64,000 nt of DNA from Eledone cirrhosa. Its lineage: Eukaryota. The notes under the pieces were generated by a model. It saw nothing but the letters and a program-made list of their open reading frames with translations. It was not told the origin of the DNA and did not search any database. A program made the position numbers and the translations under genes. The DNA lies in contig OZ024741.1 in the NCBI GenBank assembly GCA_964016885.1, positions 3,286,001-3,350,000 on the forward strand. Direction: 5' to 3'. Shown one piece after another: positions 29,072-43,600 of this stretch. Position 1 is the stretch's first letter, and each line of letters begins with the position of its first letter.

Positions 29072-29745
29072 TTAGAGATGCCTACTGGCAAGGCGGGTCT
29101 TCTCTGTTACTGAGTACCGCCAAATGTCTCGGTCCAGTGACATTGTCTTGGAGAGGTGTAAGTGTGTGAGGTCGGAGTTTATCAGCTCGTCCCAGGTTTT
29201 TCTAGGTCTGCCTATTCCATGGCTACCGTCTATCTTTATTGTCCTGCACTTTGTTATACAGCTATCGACTTTCATGCGCATCACGTGTCCATACCAACGT
29301 AGCCTTCTCTCGAGTAAACAACATCTGATCCCTCTTATCTCTAATTTTTTCCTTAGTTCGTTTATGCTTTGCCGTTCACGTATATTACTGTTACACATCC
29401 AGCGGAGCATGCAAGCTTCGTTCCTCTCTAGTCTGCGTATATCCTCTGCACACAATGCCCAGGTCTCACTGCCATGCAACATTGCTGTTCGTATGCAGGC
29501 ATCGTACAACCTGCCTTTCATTTTTAGGGAGAACCGTTTAGCGGCTAATAGTGGTATAAGCTCTCTGAACTTTTTCCAACCAGTTCTGACTCTAGCTACA
29601 GTACTTTCAGAGCACCCTCAACCACTGCTGATTTTATCGCCCAGGTAACGGAAGCTGTCCACTATTTCTATAGAACCCTCTGCGCAATTGAAAGAGCTAG
29701 TATTTTGTGGGCACTTGCTGCTACTTATTGCACCAGAACACCGGC
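29072..29745 (-). pseudogene. Fragment of RTE reverse transcriptase ORF (C-terminal part) with a premature stop
   Basis: Same frame as ORF 29072..29521. There is an in-frame TGA at plus 29618-29620 (SG*GC, versus SGGGC in copy 2). The natural stop TAA is at 29072-29074. The endonuclease and catalytic RT core are absent. Confidence 0.9.
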
Positions 29746-32700
29746 CAATATAGAGACATAACAACTACAGCAATATAGGGAGACATAACAACTGCAGCAA
29801 TATAGAGAGACATCATAACAACGACAGCAATATAGGGAGACATAACAAATACAGCAATATAGAAAGACATAACAACTACAGCAATATAGAGAGACATAAC
29901 AACTACAGCAATATAGAGACATAACAAGTACAGCAATATAGAGAGACATAACAACTACAGCAATATAGAGAGACATAACAACTACAGCAATATAGAGACA
30001 TAACAACTACAGCAATATAGAGAGAAAACATAACAACTACAGCAATATAGAGACATAACAACTACAGCAATATAGAGACATAACAACTACAGCAATATAG
30101 AGAGACAACATAACAACTACAGCAATATAGAGAGACATAACAACTACAACAATATAGAGAGACATAACAACTACAGCAATATAGAAACATAACAACTACA
30201 GCAATATAGAGACATAACAACTACAGAAATATAGAGACATAACAACTACAGCAATATAGAGACATAACAACTACAGCAGTGTAGAGAGACATAACAACTA
30301 CAGCAATATAGAGAGGTAACAACTACAGCAATATAGAGCGACATAACAACTGCAGCAATATTGAGAGACAACATAACAACGACAGCAATATAGGGAGACA
30401 TAACAAATACAGCAATATAGAAAGACATAACAACTACAGCAATATAGAGAGACATAACAACTACAGCAATATAGAGACATAACAAGTACAGCAATATAGA
30501 GAGACATAACAACTACAGCAATATAGAGAGACATAAAAACTACACCAATATAGAGAGACAACATAACAACTACAGCAATATAGAGAGACATAACAACTAC
30601 AGCAATATAGAGAAACAACATAACAACTACATCAATATAGCGAGACATACAACTACAGCAATATAGTGAGACACAACAACTACAGCAATATAGAGAGACA
30701 TAAAAACTACACCAATATAGAGAGATAAAAACTACAGCAATATAGAGAGACATGACAACTACAGCAATATAGAGACATAACAACTACAGCAATATAAAGG
30801 GACAACATAACAACTGCAGCAATATAGAGAGACAAAACAACTACAGCAATTTAGAGACATATCAACTACAGCAATATAGAGAGACATAACAACTGCAGCA
30901 ATAAAGAGAGACAACATAACAACGACAGCAATATAGGGAGACATAACAAATACAGCAATATAGAGAGACGTTAGAACTACAGCAATATAGAGAGACAACA
31001 TAACAACCACAGCAATATAGAAAGACATAACAACAACAGCAATATAGAGAGACTTAATAACTACAGCAATATAGAGAGATAACAACTAGCAGCAATATAG
31101 AGACATAACAACTACAGCAATATAGAGAGACAACATAACAACTAAAGCAATATAGAGAGACAACAACTACAGCAACATAGAGACATAACAATTACACCAA
31201 TATAGAGAGACAATATAACAACTCCAGCAATATTGAGAGACATAACAACTACAGAAATATAGAGACATAACAACTACATCAATATAGAGACATAACAAGT
31301 ACAACAATATAGAGAGATAAAAACTACAGCAATATAGAGAGACATAACAACTACAGCAATATAGAGAGACATAACAACTACAGCAATATAGAGAGATAAC
31401 AACTACAGCAATATAGAGAGACATAACAACTACAGCAATATAGAGAGACATAACAACTACAACAATATAGAGAGACATAACAACTACAGCAATATAGAGA
31501 CAAAACAACTACAGCAATATAGAGACATAACAACTACAGAAATATAGAGACATAACAACTACACCAATATAGAGACATAACAACTACAGCAATGTAGAGA
31601 GACATAACAACTACAGCAATATAGAGAGACATAACAACTACTGCAATATAGAGACATAACAACTACAACAATATAAAGGGACAACATTACAACTATTAAT
31701 ATAGAGAGACATAACAACTACAGCAATATTGAGACATATCAACTACAGCAATATAGAGAGACATAACAACTGCAGCAATATAGAGAGACAACATAACAAC
31801 GACAGCAATATAGGGAGACATAACAAATACAGCAATATAGAAAGACATAACAACTACAGCAATATAGAGAGACATATCAACTACAGCAATATAAAGACAT
31901 AACAACTACAGCAATATAAAGGGACAACATAACAACTACAGCAATATAGAGAGACATAACAACTACAGCAATATAGAGACATATCAACTACAGCAATATA
32001 GAGAGACAACATAACAAAGACAGCAATATAGAAAGAAATAACAACTACAGCAATATAGAGAGACATAACAACTACAGCAATATAGAGAGACATAACAACT
32101 GCAGCAATATAGAGAGACAACATAACAACTACAGCAATATACAGACATAACAACTACAGCAATATAGAAAGACATAACAACTACGGCAATATAGAGAGAC
32201 ATAATAACTACAGCAATATAGAGAGATAACAACTACAGCAATATAGAGAGACATAACAACTACAGCAATATAGAGACATATCAACTACAGCAATATAGAG
32301 AGACAATATAACAACGACAGCAATATAGGGAGACATAACAAACACAGCAATATAGAAAGACATAACAACTACAGCAATATAGAGAGACATAACACCTATA
32401 GCAATATAGAGATAACAACTACAGCAATTTAAAGAGACATAACAACTACAGCAATATAGAGAGACAACATAACAACTACAGCAATATAGAGAGACATAAC
32501 AACTACAGCAATATAGAAAGACATAACAACTACTGCAATATAGAGAGACATAACAGCTACAGGAATATAGAGAGATAACAACTACAGCAATATAGAGACA
32601 CATAACAACTACAGCAATATAAAGGGACAACATAACAACTACAGCAATATAGAGTGACATAACAACTGCAGCAATATAGAGAGACAACATAACAACTACA

Positions 32701-33954
32701 GCAATATAGAGACATAACAAGTACAGTAATATAGAGAGACATAACAACAACAGCAATATAGAGAGATATAACAACTACAGCAATATAGAGACATAACAAC
32801 TACAGCAATATAGAGACATAACAACTACAGCAATATAGAGAGACAACATAACAACTCCAGCAATATAGAGAGACATAAAAACTACAGCAATATAGAGACA
32901 TAACAACTACAGCAATATAGATACGTAACAACTACAGCAATATAGAGACATAACAACTACAGCAATATAGAGAGACAACATAACAACTACAGCAATATAG
33001 AGAGACAACAACTACAGCAACATAGTGACATAACAACTACACCAATATAGAGAGACAACATAACAACTACAGCAATATAGAGAGACATAACAACTACAGC
33101 AATATAGAGACATAACAACTACTGCAATATAGAGAGACAATATAACAACTACAGCAATATGGAGAGACATAACAACTGCAGCAATATAGAGACATAACGA
33201 CTACAGCAATATATAGACATAACAACTACAGCAATATAGAGTGACATAACAACTGCAGCAATATAGAGAGACAACATAACAACTACAGCAATATAGAGAC
33301 ATAACAAGTACAGTAATATAGAGAGACATAACAACAACAGCAATATAGAGAGATATAACAACTACAGCAATATAGAGACATAACAACTACAGCAATATAG
33401 AGACATAACAACTACAGCAATATAGAGAGACAACATAACAACTCCAGCAATATAGAGAGACATAAAAACTACAGCAATATAGAGACATAACAACTACAGC
33501 AATATAGATACGTAACAACTACAGCAATATAGAGACATAACAACTACAGCAATATAGAGAGACAACATAACAACTACAGCAATATAGAGAGACAACAACT
33601 ACAGCAACATAGTGACATAACAACTACACCAATATAGAGAGACAACATAACAACTACAGCAATATAGAGAGACATAACAACTACAGCAATATAGAGACAT
33701 AACAACTACAGCAATATAGAGAGACAATATAACAACTACAGCAATATGGAGAGACATAACAACTGCAGCAATATAGAGACATAACGACTACAGCAATATA
33801 TAGACATAACAACTACAGCAATATAGAGACATAACAACTACAGAAATATAGAGACATAACAGCTATAGCAATATAGAGACATAACAACTACAGCAATATA
33901 AATGGACAACATAACAACTACAGCAATATAGAGAGACATACCAACTACAGCAAT
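29746..33954 (+). repeat. Same satellite, segment 2 (between the two LINE copies)
   Basis: The same monomer in the same orientation resumes at CAAT 29746 and ends at CAAT 33951-33954. Confidence 0.99.
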
Positions 33955-33973
33955 CATCATCATCATCATCATC
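33953..33973 (-). repeat. (ATC)7 / sense (GAT)7 tail of LINE copy 2
   Basis: Same repeat number as copy 1. Confidence 0.95.
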
Positions 33974-34982
33974 AACGTTTAACGTCCGTGTTCCACGCTT
34001 GCATGGGTTTGGACGGGGGTAGTCCCACTTGAGGCAAGAGTGATCGTCTTGCTCGCATAGGACTGTCTGGCAGGTTTTCTACAGTTGGATGCCCTTCCTA
34101 ACACCAACCACATTTACAGTGTGGGTCTGGGAGGTTTTTACCGTGTTTCCTACACGGCCACATTACAGCGTGGACTGTGTGTTTTTTTGTCGTGACACCT
34201 ACACGATCTCATTTGTTTCGGCCTGGATGGCGCGGCACCAACATAACTTTACATAGAACGGGGTGGTGTGGATGGGGTGGGGGTGGTGGCGGGACGGGGT
34301 GTATTTTGTTAGAGATGCCTACTGGCAAGGCTGGTCTTCTCTGTTACTGAGTACCGCCAAATGTCTCGGTCCAGTGACATTGTCTTGGAGAGGTGTAAGT
34401 GTGTGAGGTCGGAGTTTATCAGCTCGTCCCAGGTTTTTCTAGGTCTGCCTATTCCGTGGCTACCGTCTATCTTTATTGTCCTGCACTTTGTTATACAGCT
34501 ATCGACTTTCATGCGCATCACGTGTCCATACCAACGTAGCCTTCTCTCGAGTAAACAACATCTGATCCCTCTTATCTCTAATTTTTTACTTAGTTCGTTT
34601 ATGCTTTGCCGTTCACGTATATTACTGTTACACATCCAGCGGAGCATGCAAGCTTCGTTCCTCTCTAGTCTGCGTATATCCTCTGCACACAATGCCCAGG
34701 TCTCACTGCCATGCAACATTGCTGTTCGTATGCAGGCATCGTACAACCTGCCTTTCATTTTTAGGGAGAACCCTTTAGCGGCTAATAGTGGTATAAGCTC
34801 TCTGAACTTTTTCCAACCAGTTCTGACTCTAGCTACAGTACTTTCAGAGCACCCTCCCCCACTGCTGATTTTATCGCCCAGGTAACGGAAGCTGTCCACT
34901 ATTTCTATAGAACCCTCTGCGCAATTGAAAGAGCTAGTATTTTGTGGGCACTTGCTGCTACTTATTGCACCAGAACACCGGC
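33955..34982 (-). mobile_element. 5'-truncated RTE-clade LINE, copy 2, 1028 bp
   Basis: Same length, truncation point, tail length and flanks as copy 1, at an offset of 5237 bp. Six substitutions seen by eye. Flanked by CAAT at 33951-33954 and 34983-34986. Confidence 0.95.
34309..34982 (-). pseudogene. Fragment of RTE reverse transcriptase ORF (C-terminal ~224 aa), frame still open
   Basis: Translates as GRCSGAISS...IEIVDSFRYLGDKISSGGGC...KGRLYDACIRTAMLHGSETW...RRLRWYGHVMRM...GRPRKTWDE. It is 5'-truncated with no native start, no endonuclease and no YADD-type motif. Confidence 0.9.
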
Positions 34983-37900
34983 CAATATAGAGACATAACA
35001 ACTACAGCAATATAGGGAGACATAACAACTGCAGCAATATAGAGAGACATCATAACAACGACAGCAATATAGGGAGACATAACAAATACAGCAATATAGA
35101 AAGACATAACAACTACAGCAATATAGAGAGACATAACAACTACAGCAATATAGAGACATAACAAGTACAGCAATATAGAGAGACATAACAACTACAGCAA
35201 TATAGAGAAACATAACAACTACAGCAATATAGAGACATAACAACTACAGCAATATAGAGAGAAAACATAACAACTACAGCAATATAGAGACATAACAACT
35301 ACAGCAATATAGAGACATAACAACTACAGCAATATAGAGAGACAACATAACAACTACAGCAATATAGAGAGACATAACAACTACAACAATATAGAGAGAC
35401 ATAACAACTACAGCAATATAGAGACATAACAACTACAGCAATATAGAGACATAACAACTACAGAAATATAGAGACATAACAACTACAGCAATATAGACAC
35501 ATAACAACTACAGCAATGTAGAGAGACATAACAACTACAGCAATATAGAGAGACATAACAACTACAGCAATATAGAGAGGTAACAACTACAGCAATATAG
35601 AGAGACATAACAACTACAGCAATATAGAGACATAACAACTACAGCAATATAGAGAGAAAACATAACAACTACAGCAATATAGAGACATAACAACTACAGC
35701 AATATAGAGACATAACAACTACAGCAATATAGAGAGACAACATAACAACTACAGCAATATAGAGAGACATAACAACTACAACAATATAGAGAGACATAAC
35801 AACTACAGCAATATAGAGACATAACAACTACAGCAATATAGAGACATAACAACTACAGAAATATAGAGACATAACAACTACAGCAATATAGAGACATAAC
35901 AACTACAGCAATGTAGAGAGACATAACAACTACAGCAATATAGAGAGACATAACAACTACAGCAATATAGAGAGGTAACAACTACAGCAATATAGAGAGA
36001 CATAACAACTACAGCAATATAGAGACATAACAACTACAGCAATATTGAGACATAACAACTACAAAATATAGAGACATAACAACTACAGCAATATAGAGTC
36101 ATAACAACTACAGCAATGTAGAGAGACGTAACAACTACAGCAATATAGAGAGACATAAGCACTACAGCAACATAGAGAGGTAACAACTCCAGCAATATAG
36201 AGAGACATAACAACTAGAGCAATATAGAGACATAACAACTACAGCAATATAAAGGGACAACATAACAACTATTAATATAGAGAGACATAACAACTAGAGC
36301 AATATAGAGACATATCAACTACAGCAATATAGAGACATAACAACTACAGCAATATAGAGACATAACAACTGCAGAAATATAGAGACATAACAACTACAAC
36401 AATATAGAGACATAACAACTACATCAATGTAGAGAGACATAACAACTACAGCAATATAGAGAGACATAACAGATACAGAAATATAGAGAGGTAACAACTA
36501 CAGAAATATAGAGAGACATAACAACTACAGCAATATAGAGAGACATAACAACTACAGCAATATTGAGACATAACAACTACAGCAACATAAAGACATAACA
36601 ACTACAGCAATATAGAGAGACAACATAACAACTACAGCAATATAGAGAGACAACAACTACAGCAACATAGAGACATAACAACTACACCAATATAGAGAGA
36701 CAACATAACAAATACAGCAATATATAAAGACATAACAACTACAACAATATAGAGAGACATAACAACTACAGCAATATAGAGACATAACAACTACAGCAAT
36801 ATAGAGACATAACAACTACAGCAATATAGAGACATAACAACTACAGAAATATAGAGACATAACAACTACAGCAATATAGAGACATAACAACTACAGCAAT
36901 GTAGAGAGACATAACAACTACAGCAATATAGAGAGACATAACAACTACAGTAATATAGAGAGGTAACAACTACAGCAATATAGAGACACATAACAACTAC
37001 AGCAATATAGAGACATAACAACTACAGCAATATAAAGGGACAACATAACAACTATTAATATAGAGAGACATAACAACTACAGCAATATAGAGACATATCA
37101 ACTACAGCTATATAGAGAGACATAACAACTGCAGCAATATAGACAGACAACATAAAAACGACAGAAATATAGGGAGTCATAACAAATACAGCAATATAGA
37201 AAGACATAACAACTACAGCAATATAGAGAGACATAACAAATACAGCAATATAGAGATAACAACTACAGCAATATAGAGAGACATAACAACTACAACAATA
37301 TAGAGAGACTTAACAACTACAGGAATATAGAGAGATAACAACTACAGCAATATAGAGAGTCAACATAACAACTACAGCAGTATAGAGACATAACAACTAC
37401 AGCAATATAGAAAGACATAACAACTACGGCAATATAGAAAGACATAACAACTACGGCAATATAGAGAGACATAACAACTACAGCAATATAGAGAGATAAC
37501 AACTACAGCAATATAGAGAGACAACATAACAACTACAGCAATATAGAGACATAAAAAACTACAGCAATATAGAGAGACATAACAACTACAGCAATATAGA
37601 GACATAACAACTACAGCAATATAGAGATAACAACTACAGCAATATAGAGAGACATAACAACTACAGCAATATAGAGAGACATAACAACTACAGGAATATA
37701 GAGAGATAACAACTACAGCAATATAGAGAGACAACATAACAACTACAGCAATATAGAATGACATAATAACTACAGCAATATAGAGGCACATAACGCCTAC
37801 AGGAATATAGAGAGATAACAACTACAGCAATATAGAAACACATAACAACTACAGCAATATAAAGGGACAACATAACTACTACATCAATATAGATAGACAT

Positions 37901-40679
37901 AACAACTGCAGCAATATTGAGAGACAAAATAACAACTACAGCAATATAGAGAGACATAACAACTACAGCAATATAGAGACATAACAACTACAGCAATATA
38001 GAGAGACAACATCACATCTACAGCAATATAGTGAGCCATAATAACTACAGCAATATAGAGAGACAACATAACAACTCCAGCAATATAGAGAGACATAACA
38101 ACTACAGCAATATAGAGACATAACAACTACAGCAATATAGAGACATAACAACTACAGCAATATGGAGAGACAACATAACAACTACAGCAATATAGAGAGA
38201 AAACAACTACAGCAACCTAGAGATATAACAACTACACCAATATAGAGAGACAACATAACAACTACAGCAATATAGAGAGACATAACAACTACAGCAATAT
38301 AGAGAGACATAACAACTACAGCAATATAGAGAGACATAACAGCTACACCAACATAAAGAGACAACATAACAACTACAGCAATATAGAGAGACATAACAAC
38401 TACAGCAATATAGAGACATAACAACTACAGCAATATAGAGAGACAATATAACAACTACAGTAATATTGAGAGACATAACAACTGCAGCAATATAGAGACA
38501 TAACAACTACAGCAATATAGAGACATATCAACTACAGCAATATAGAGAGACATAACAACTGCAGCATTATAGAGAGACAACATAACAACGACAGAAATAT
38601 AGGGAGTCATAACAAATACAGCAATAAAGAAAGACATAACAACTACAGCAATATAGAGAGACATAACAAATACAGCAATATAGAGATAACAACTACAGCA
38701 ATATAGAGAGACATAACAACTACAGAAATATAGAGAGACAACATAACAACTACAGCAATATAGAAAGACATAATAACTACGGCAATATAGAGAGACATAA
38801 CAACTACAGCAATATAGAGACATAACATCTACAGCAATATAGAGACATAACAACTACAGCAATATAGAGAGACAACATAACAACTACAGCAATATAGAGA
38901 GACAACAACTACAGCAACATAGAGACATAACAACTACACCAATATAGAGAGACAACATAACAACTACAGCAATATAGAGAGACATAACAACTACAGCAAT
39001 ATAGAGAGACATAACAACTACAGCAATATAGAGAGACATAACAGCTACACCAACATAAAGAGACAACATAACAACTACAGCAATATAGAGAGACATAACA
39101 ACTACAGCAATATAGAGACATAACAACTACAGCAATATAGAGAGACAATATAACAACTACAGTAATATTGAGAGACATAACAACTGCAGCAATATAGAGA
39201 CATAACAACTACAGCAATATAGAGACATAACAACTACAGCAATATAGAGACATATCAACTACAGCAATATAGAGAGACATAACAACTGCAGCAATATAGA
39301 GAGACAACATAACAACTACAGAAATATAGGGAGTCATAACAAATACAGCAATATAGAAAGACATAACAACTACAGCAATATAGAGAGACATAACAAATAC
39401 AGCAATATAGAGATAACAACTACAGCAATATAGAAAGACATAACAACTACGGCAATATAGAGAGACATAACAACTACAGCAATATAGAGAGATAACAGCT
39501 ACAGCAATATAGAGAGACAACATAACAACTACAGCAATATAGAGACGTAAAAACTACAGCAATATAGAGAGACATAACAACTACAGCAATATAGAGACAT
39601 ATCAACTACAGCAATATAGAGAGACATAACAAATGCAGCAATATAGAGAGACAACATAACAACGACAGCAATATAAGGAGACATAACAAATACAGCAATA
39701 TAGAAAGACATAACAACTACAGCAATATAGAGAGACATAACAACTACAGCAATATAGAGATAACAACTACAGCAATATAGAGAGACATAACAACTACAGC
39801 AATATAGAAAGACATAACAACTACGGCAATATAGAGGGACATAACAACTACAGGAATATAGAGAGATAACAACTACAGCAATATAGAGACACATAACAAC
39901 TACAGCAATATAAAGGGACAACATAACTACTACAGCAATATAGATAGACATAACAACTACAGCAATATAGAGAGACATAACAACTACAGCAATATAGAGT
40001 CATAACAAGTACAGCAATATAGAGAGACATAACAACAACAGCAATATAGAGAGACATAACAACTACAGTAATATAGAGACGTAACAACTACAGCAATATA
40101 GAGAGACAACATAACATATACAGCAATAGAGTGAGCCATAATAACTACAGCAATATAGAGAGACATAACAACTGCAGCAATATAGAGACATAACAAGTAC
40201 AGCAATATAGAGAGACATAACAACAACAGCAATATAGAGAGACATAACAACTACAGCAATATTGAGACATATCAACTACAGCTATATAGAGAGACATAAC
40301 AACTGCAGCAATATAGACAGACAACATAACAACGACAGAAATATAGGGAGTCATAACAAATACAGCAATATAGAAAGACATAACAACTACAGCAATATAG
40401 AGAGACATAACAAATACAGCAATATAGAGATAACAACTACAGCAATATAGAGAGACATAACAACTACAACAATATAGAGAGACATAACAACTACAGGAAT
40501 ATAGAGAGATAACAACTACAGCAATATAGAGAGACAACATAACAACTACAGCAATATAGAGAGACATAACAACTACAGCAATATGGAGAGACAACATAAC
40601 AACTACAGCAATATAGAAAGACATAATAACTACGGCAATATAGAGAGACATAACAACTACAGCAATATAGAGACATAAC

Positions 40680-43600
40680 AACTACAGCAATATAGAGAGA
40701 CAACATAACAACTACAGCAATATAGAGAGACAATAACTACAGCAACATAGAGACATAACAACTACAGCAATATAGAGAGACATAACAACTACAGCAATAT
40801 AGAGAGACAACATAACAACTACAGCAATATAGAAAGACATAACAACTACGGCAATATAGAGAGACATAACAACTACAGCAATATAGAGAGATAACAGCTA
40901 CAGCAATATAGAGAGACAACATAACAACTACAGCAATATAGAGACGTAAAAACTACAGCAATATAGAGAGACATAACAACTACAGCAATATAGAGACATA
41001 TCAACTACAGCAATATAGAGAGACATAACAAATGCAGCAATATAGAGAGACAACATAACAACGACAGCAATATAGGGAGACATTACAAATACAGCAATAT
41101 AGAAAGACATAACAACTACAGCAATATAGAGAGACATAACAACTACAGCAATATAGAGATAACAACTACAGCAATATAGAGAGACATAACAACTACAGCA
41201 ATATAGAGAGACATAACAACTACAGGAATATAGAGAGATAACAACTACAGCAATATAGAGAGACAACATAACAACTACAGCAATATAGAGAGAAATAACA
41301 ACTACAGCAATATAGAAAGACATAACAACTACGGCAATATAGAGGGACATAACAACTACAGGAATATAGAGAGATAACAACTACAGCAATATAGAGACAC
41401 ATAACAACTACAGCAATATAAAGGGACAACATAACTACAGCAATATAGATAGACATAACAACTACAGCAATATAGAGAGACATAACAACTACAGCAATAT
41501 AGAGTCATAACAAGTACAGCAATATAGAGAGACATAACAACAACAGCAATATAGAGAGACATAACAACTACAGTAATATAGAGACGTAACAACTACAGCA
41601 ATATAGAGAGACAACATAACATACAGCAATAGAGTGAGCCATAATAACTACAGCAATATAGAGAGACAACATAACAACGACAGCAATATAGAGAGACAAC
41701 AACTACAGCAACATATAGACATAACAACTACACCAATATAGAGAGACAACATAACAACTATAGCAATATAGAGAGACATAACAACTACAGCAATATAGAG
41801 ACATAACAACTACAGCAATATAGAGAGACAATATAACAACTACAGTAATATTGAGAGACATAACAACTGCAGCAATATAGAGACATAACAACTACAGCAA
41901 TATTGAGACATAACAACTACAGAAATATATAGACAAAACAGCTACAGCGATATAGAGACATAACAACTACAGCAATATAAAGGGTCAACATAACAACTAC
42001 AGCAATATAGAGACATAACAACTACAGTAATATAGAGAGACATAACAAATACAGCAATATATAGATAACAACTACAGCAATATAGAGAGACATAACAACT
42101 ACAGCAATATAGAGAGACAACATAACAACTACATCAATATAGAGACATAAAAACTACAGCAATATAGAAAGACATAACAACTACGGCAATATAGAGAGAC
42201 ATAACAACTACAGCATTATAGAGAGATAACAACTACAGCAATATAGAGAGACAACATAACAACTACAGCAATATAGAGACTTAACAACTACAGCAATATA
42301 GAGAGACATAACAACTACAGCAATATAGAGACATAACAACTACAGCAATATAGAGAGACATAACAACTGCAGCAATATAGAGAGACAACATAACAACGAC
42401 AGCAATATAGGGAGACATAACAAATAAAGCAATATAGAAAGACATAACAACTACAGCAATATAGAGAGACATAACAACTACAGCAATATAGAGATAACAA
42501 CTACAGCAATATAGAGAGACATAACAACTACAGCAATATAGAGATACATAACAACTACAGGAATATAGAGAGATAACAACTACAGCAATATAGAGAGACA
42601 ACATAACAACTACTGCAATATAGAGAGACATAACAACTACAGCAATATAGAAAGACATAACAAGTACAGCAATATAGAGAGACATAACAACTACAGGAAT
42701 ATAGAGAGATAACATCTACAGCAATATAGAGACACATAACAACTACAGCAATATAAAGGGACAACGTAACTACTACAGCAATATAGAGAGACATAACAAC
42801 TGCAGCAATATAGCGAGACAACATAACAACTACAGCAATATAGAGAGACATAACAACTACAGCAATATAGAATGACGTAACAACTACAGCAATATAGAGG
42901 CACATAACAACTACAGGAATATAGAGAGATAACAACTACAGCAATATAGAAACACATAACAACTACAGCAATATAAAGGGACAACATAACTACTACATTA
43001 ATATAGATAGACATAACAACTGCAGCAATATTGAGAGACAAAATAACAACTACAGCAATATAGAGAGACATAACAACTACAGCAATATAGAGAGACATAA
43101 CAACTACAGCAATATAGAGTCATAACAAGTACAGCAATATAGAGAGACATAACAACAACAGCAATATAGAGAGACATAACAACTACAGCAATATAGAGAC
43201 ATAACAACTACAGCAATATAGAGAGACAACATAACATCTACAGCAATATAGTGAGCCATGATAACTACAGCAACATAGAGAGACACCATAACAACTCCAG
43301 CAATATAGAGAGACATAACAACTACAGCAATATAGAGAGACATAACAACTACAGCAATATAGAGACATAACAACTACAGCAATATAGAGAGACAACATAA
43401 CAACTACAGCAATATAGAGAGACAACAACTACAGCAACATAGAGACATAACAACTACACCAATATAGAGAGACAACATAACAACTACCTCAATATAGAGA
43501 GACATAACAACTACAGCAATATAGAGAGACATAACAACTACAGCAATATAGAGAGACATAACAACTACACCAACATAAAGAGACAACATAACAACTACAG

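Larger units (their letters stand above)
28718..29745 (-). mobile_element. 5'-truncated non-LTR retrotransposon (RTE clade LINE), copy 1, 1028 bp
   Basis: Abrupt switch to complex sequence. The minus strand encodes the RT C-terminal/thumb region (FRYLG, LHGSETW, RRLRWYGHVMRM, GRPRKTW), followed by a ~335-nt 3' UTR and a (TGA)n tail. Flanked by CAAT at 28714-28717 and 29746-29749. Confidence 0.95.
24930..35400 (+). repeat. 5237-bp tandem higher-order duplication (2 copies), each containing the LINE
   Basis: Constant offset of 5237 for ORF pairs 25009/30246 through 29725/34962 and for both LINE ends. Ends are approximate. Confidence 0.93.

Noticed and set aside
29124-29648. 174-aa plus-strand ORF (and its copy 34361-34885)
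   Set aside because: It is the antisense shadow of the RT frame and has no recognisable motifs.
28718-34982. The two 1028-bp direct repeats as LTRs of an element carrying the intervening 4.2 kb
   Set aside because: They encode a non-LTR RT fragment with a microsatellite tail and have no PBS/PPT or internal gag-pol. The duplication also extends kilobases into the flanking satellite.
34309-35001. 230-aa ORF as a satellite-LINE fusion gene
   Set aside because: The apparent start is a TTG inside a satellite monomer (plus CAA 34999-35001) next to a TAG. Only six satellite codons precede the truncated RT, there is no promoter evidence, and the sister copy has a stop.
40262-40450. Lone 62-aa plus-strand ORF in the satellite
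   Set aside because: It arises from a chance run of in-frame monomers in a stop-free phase and is low-complexity repeat translation.
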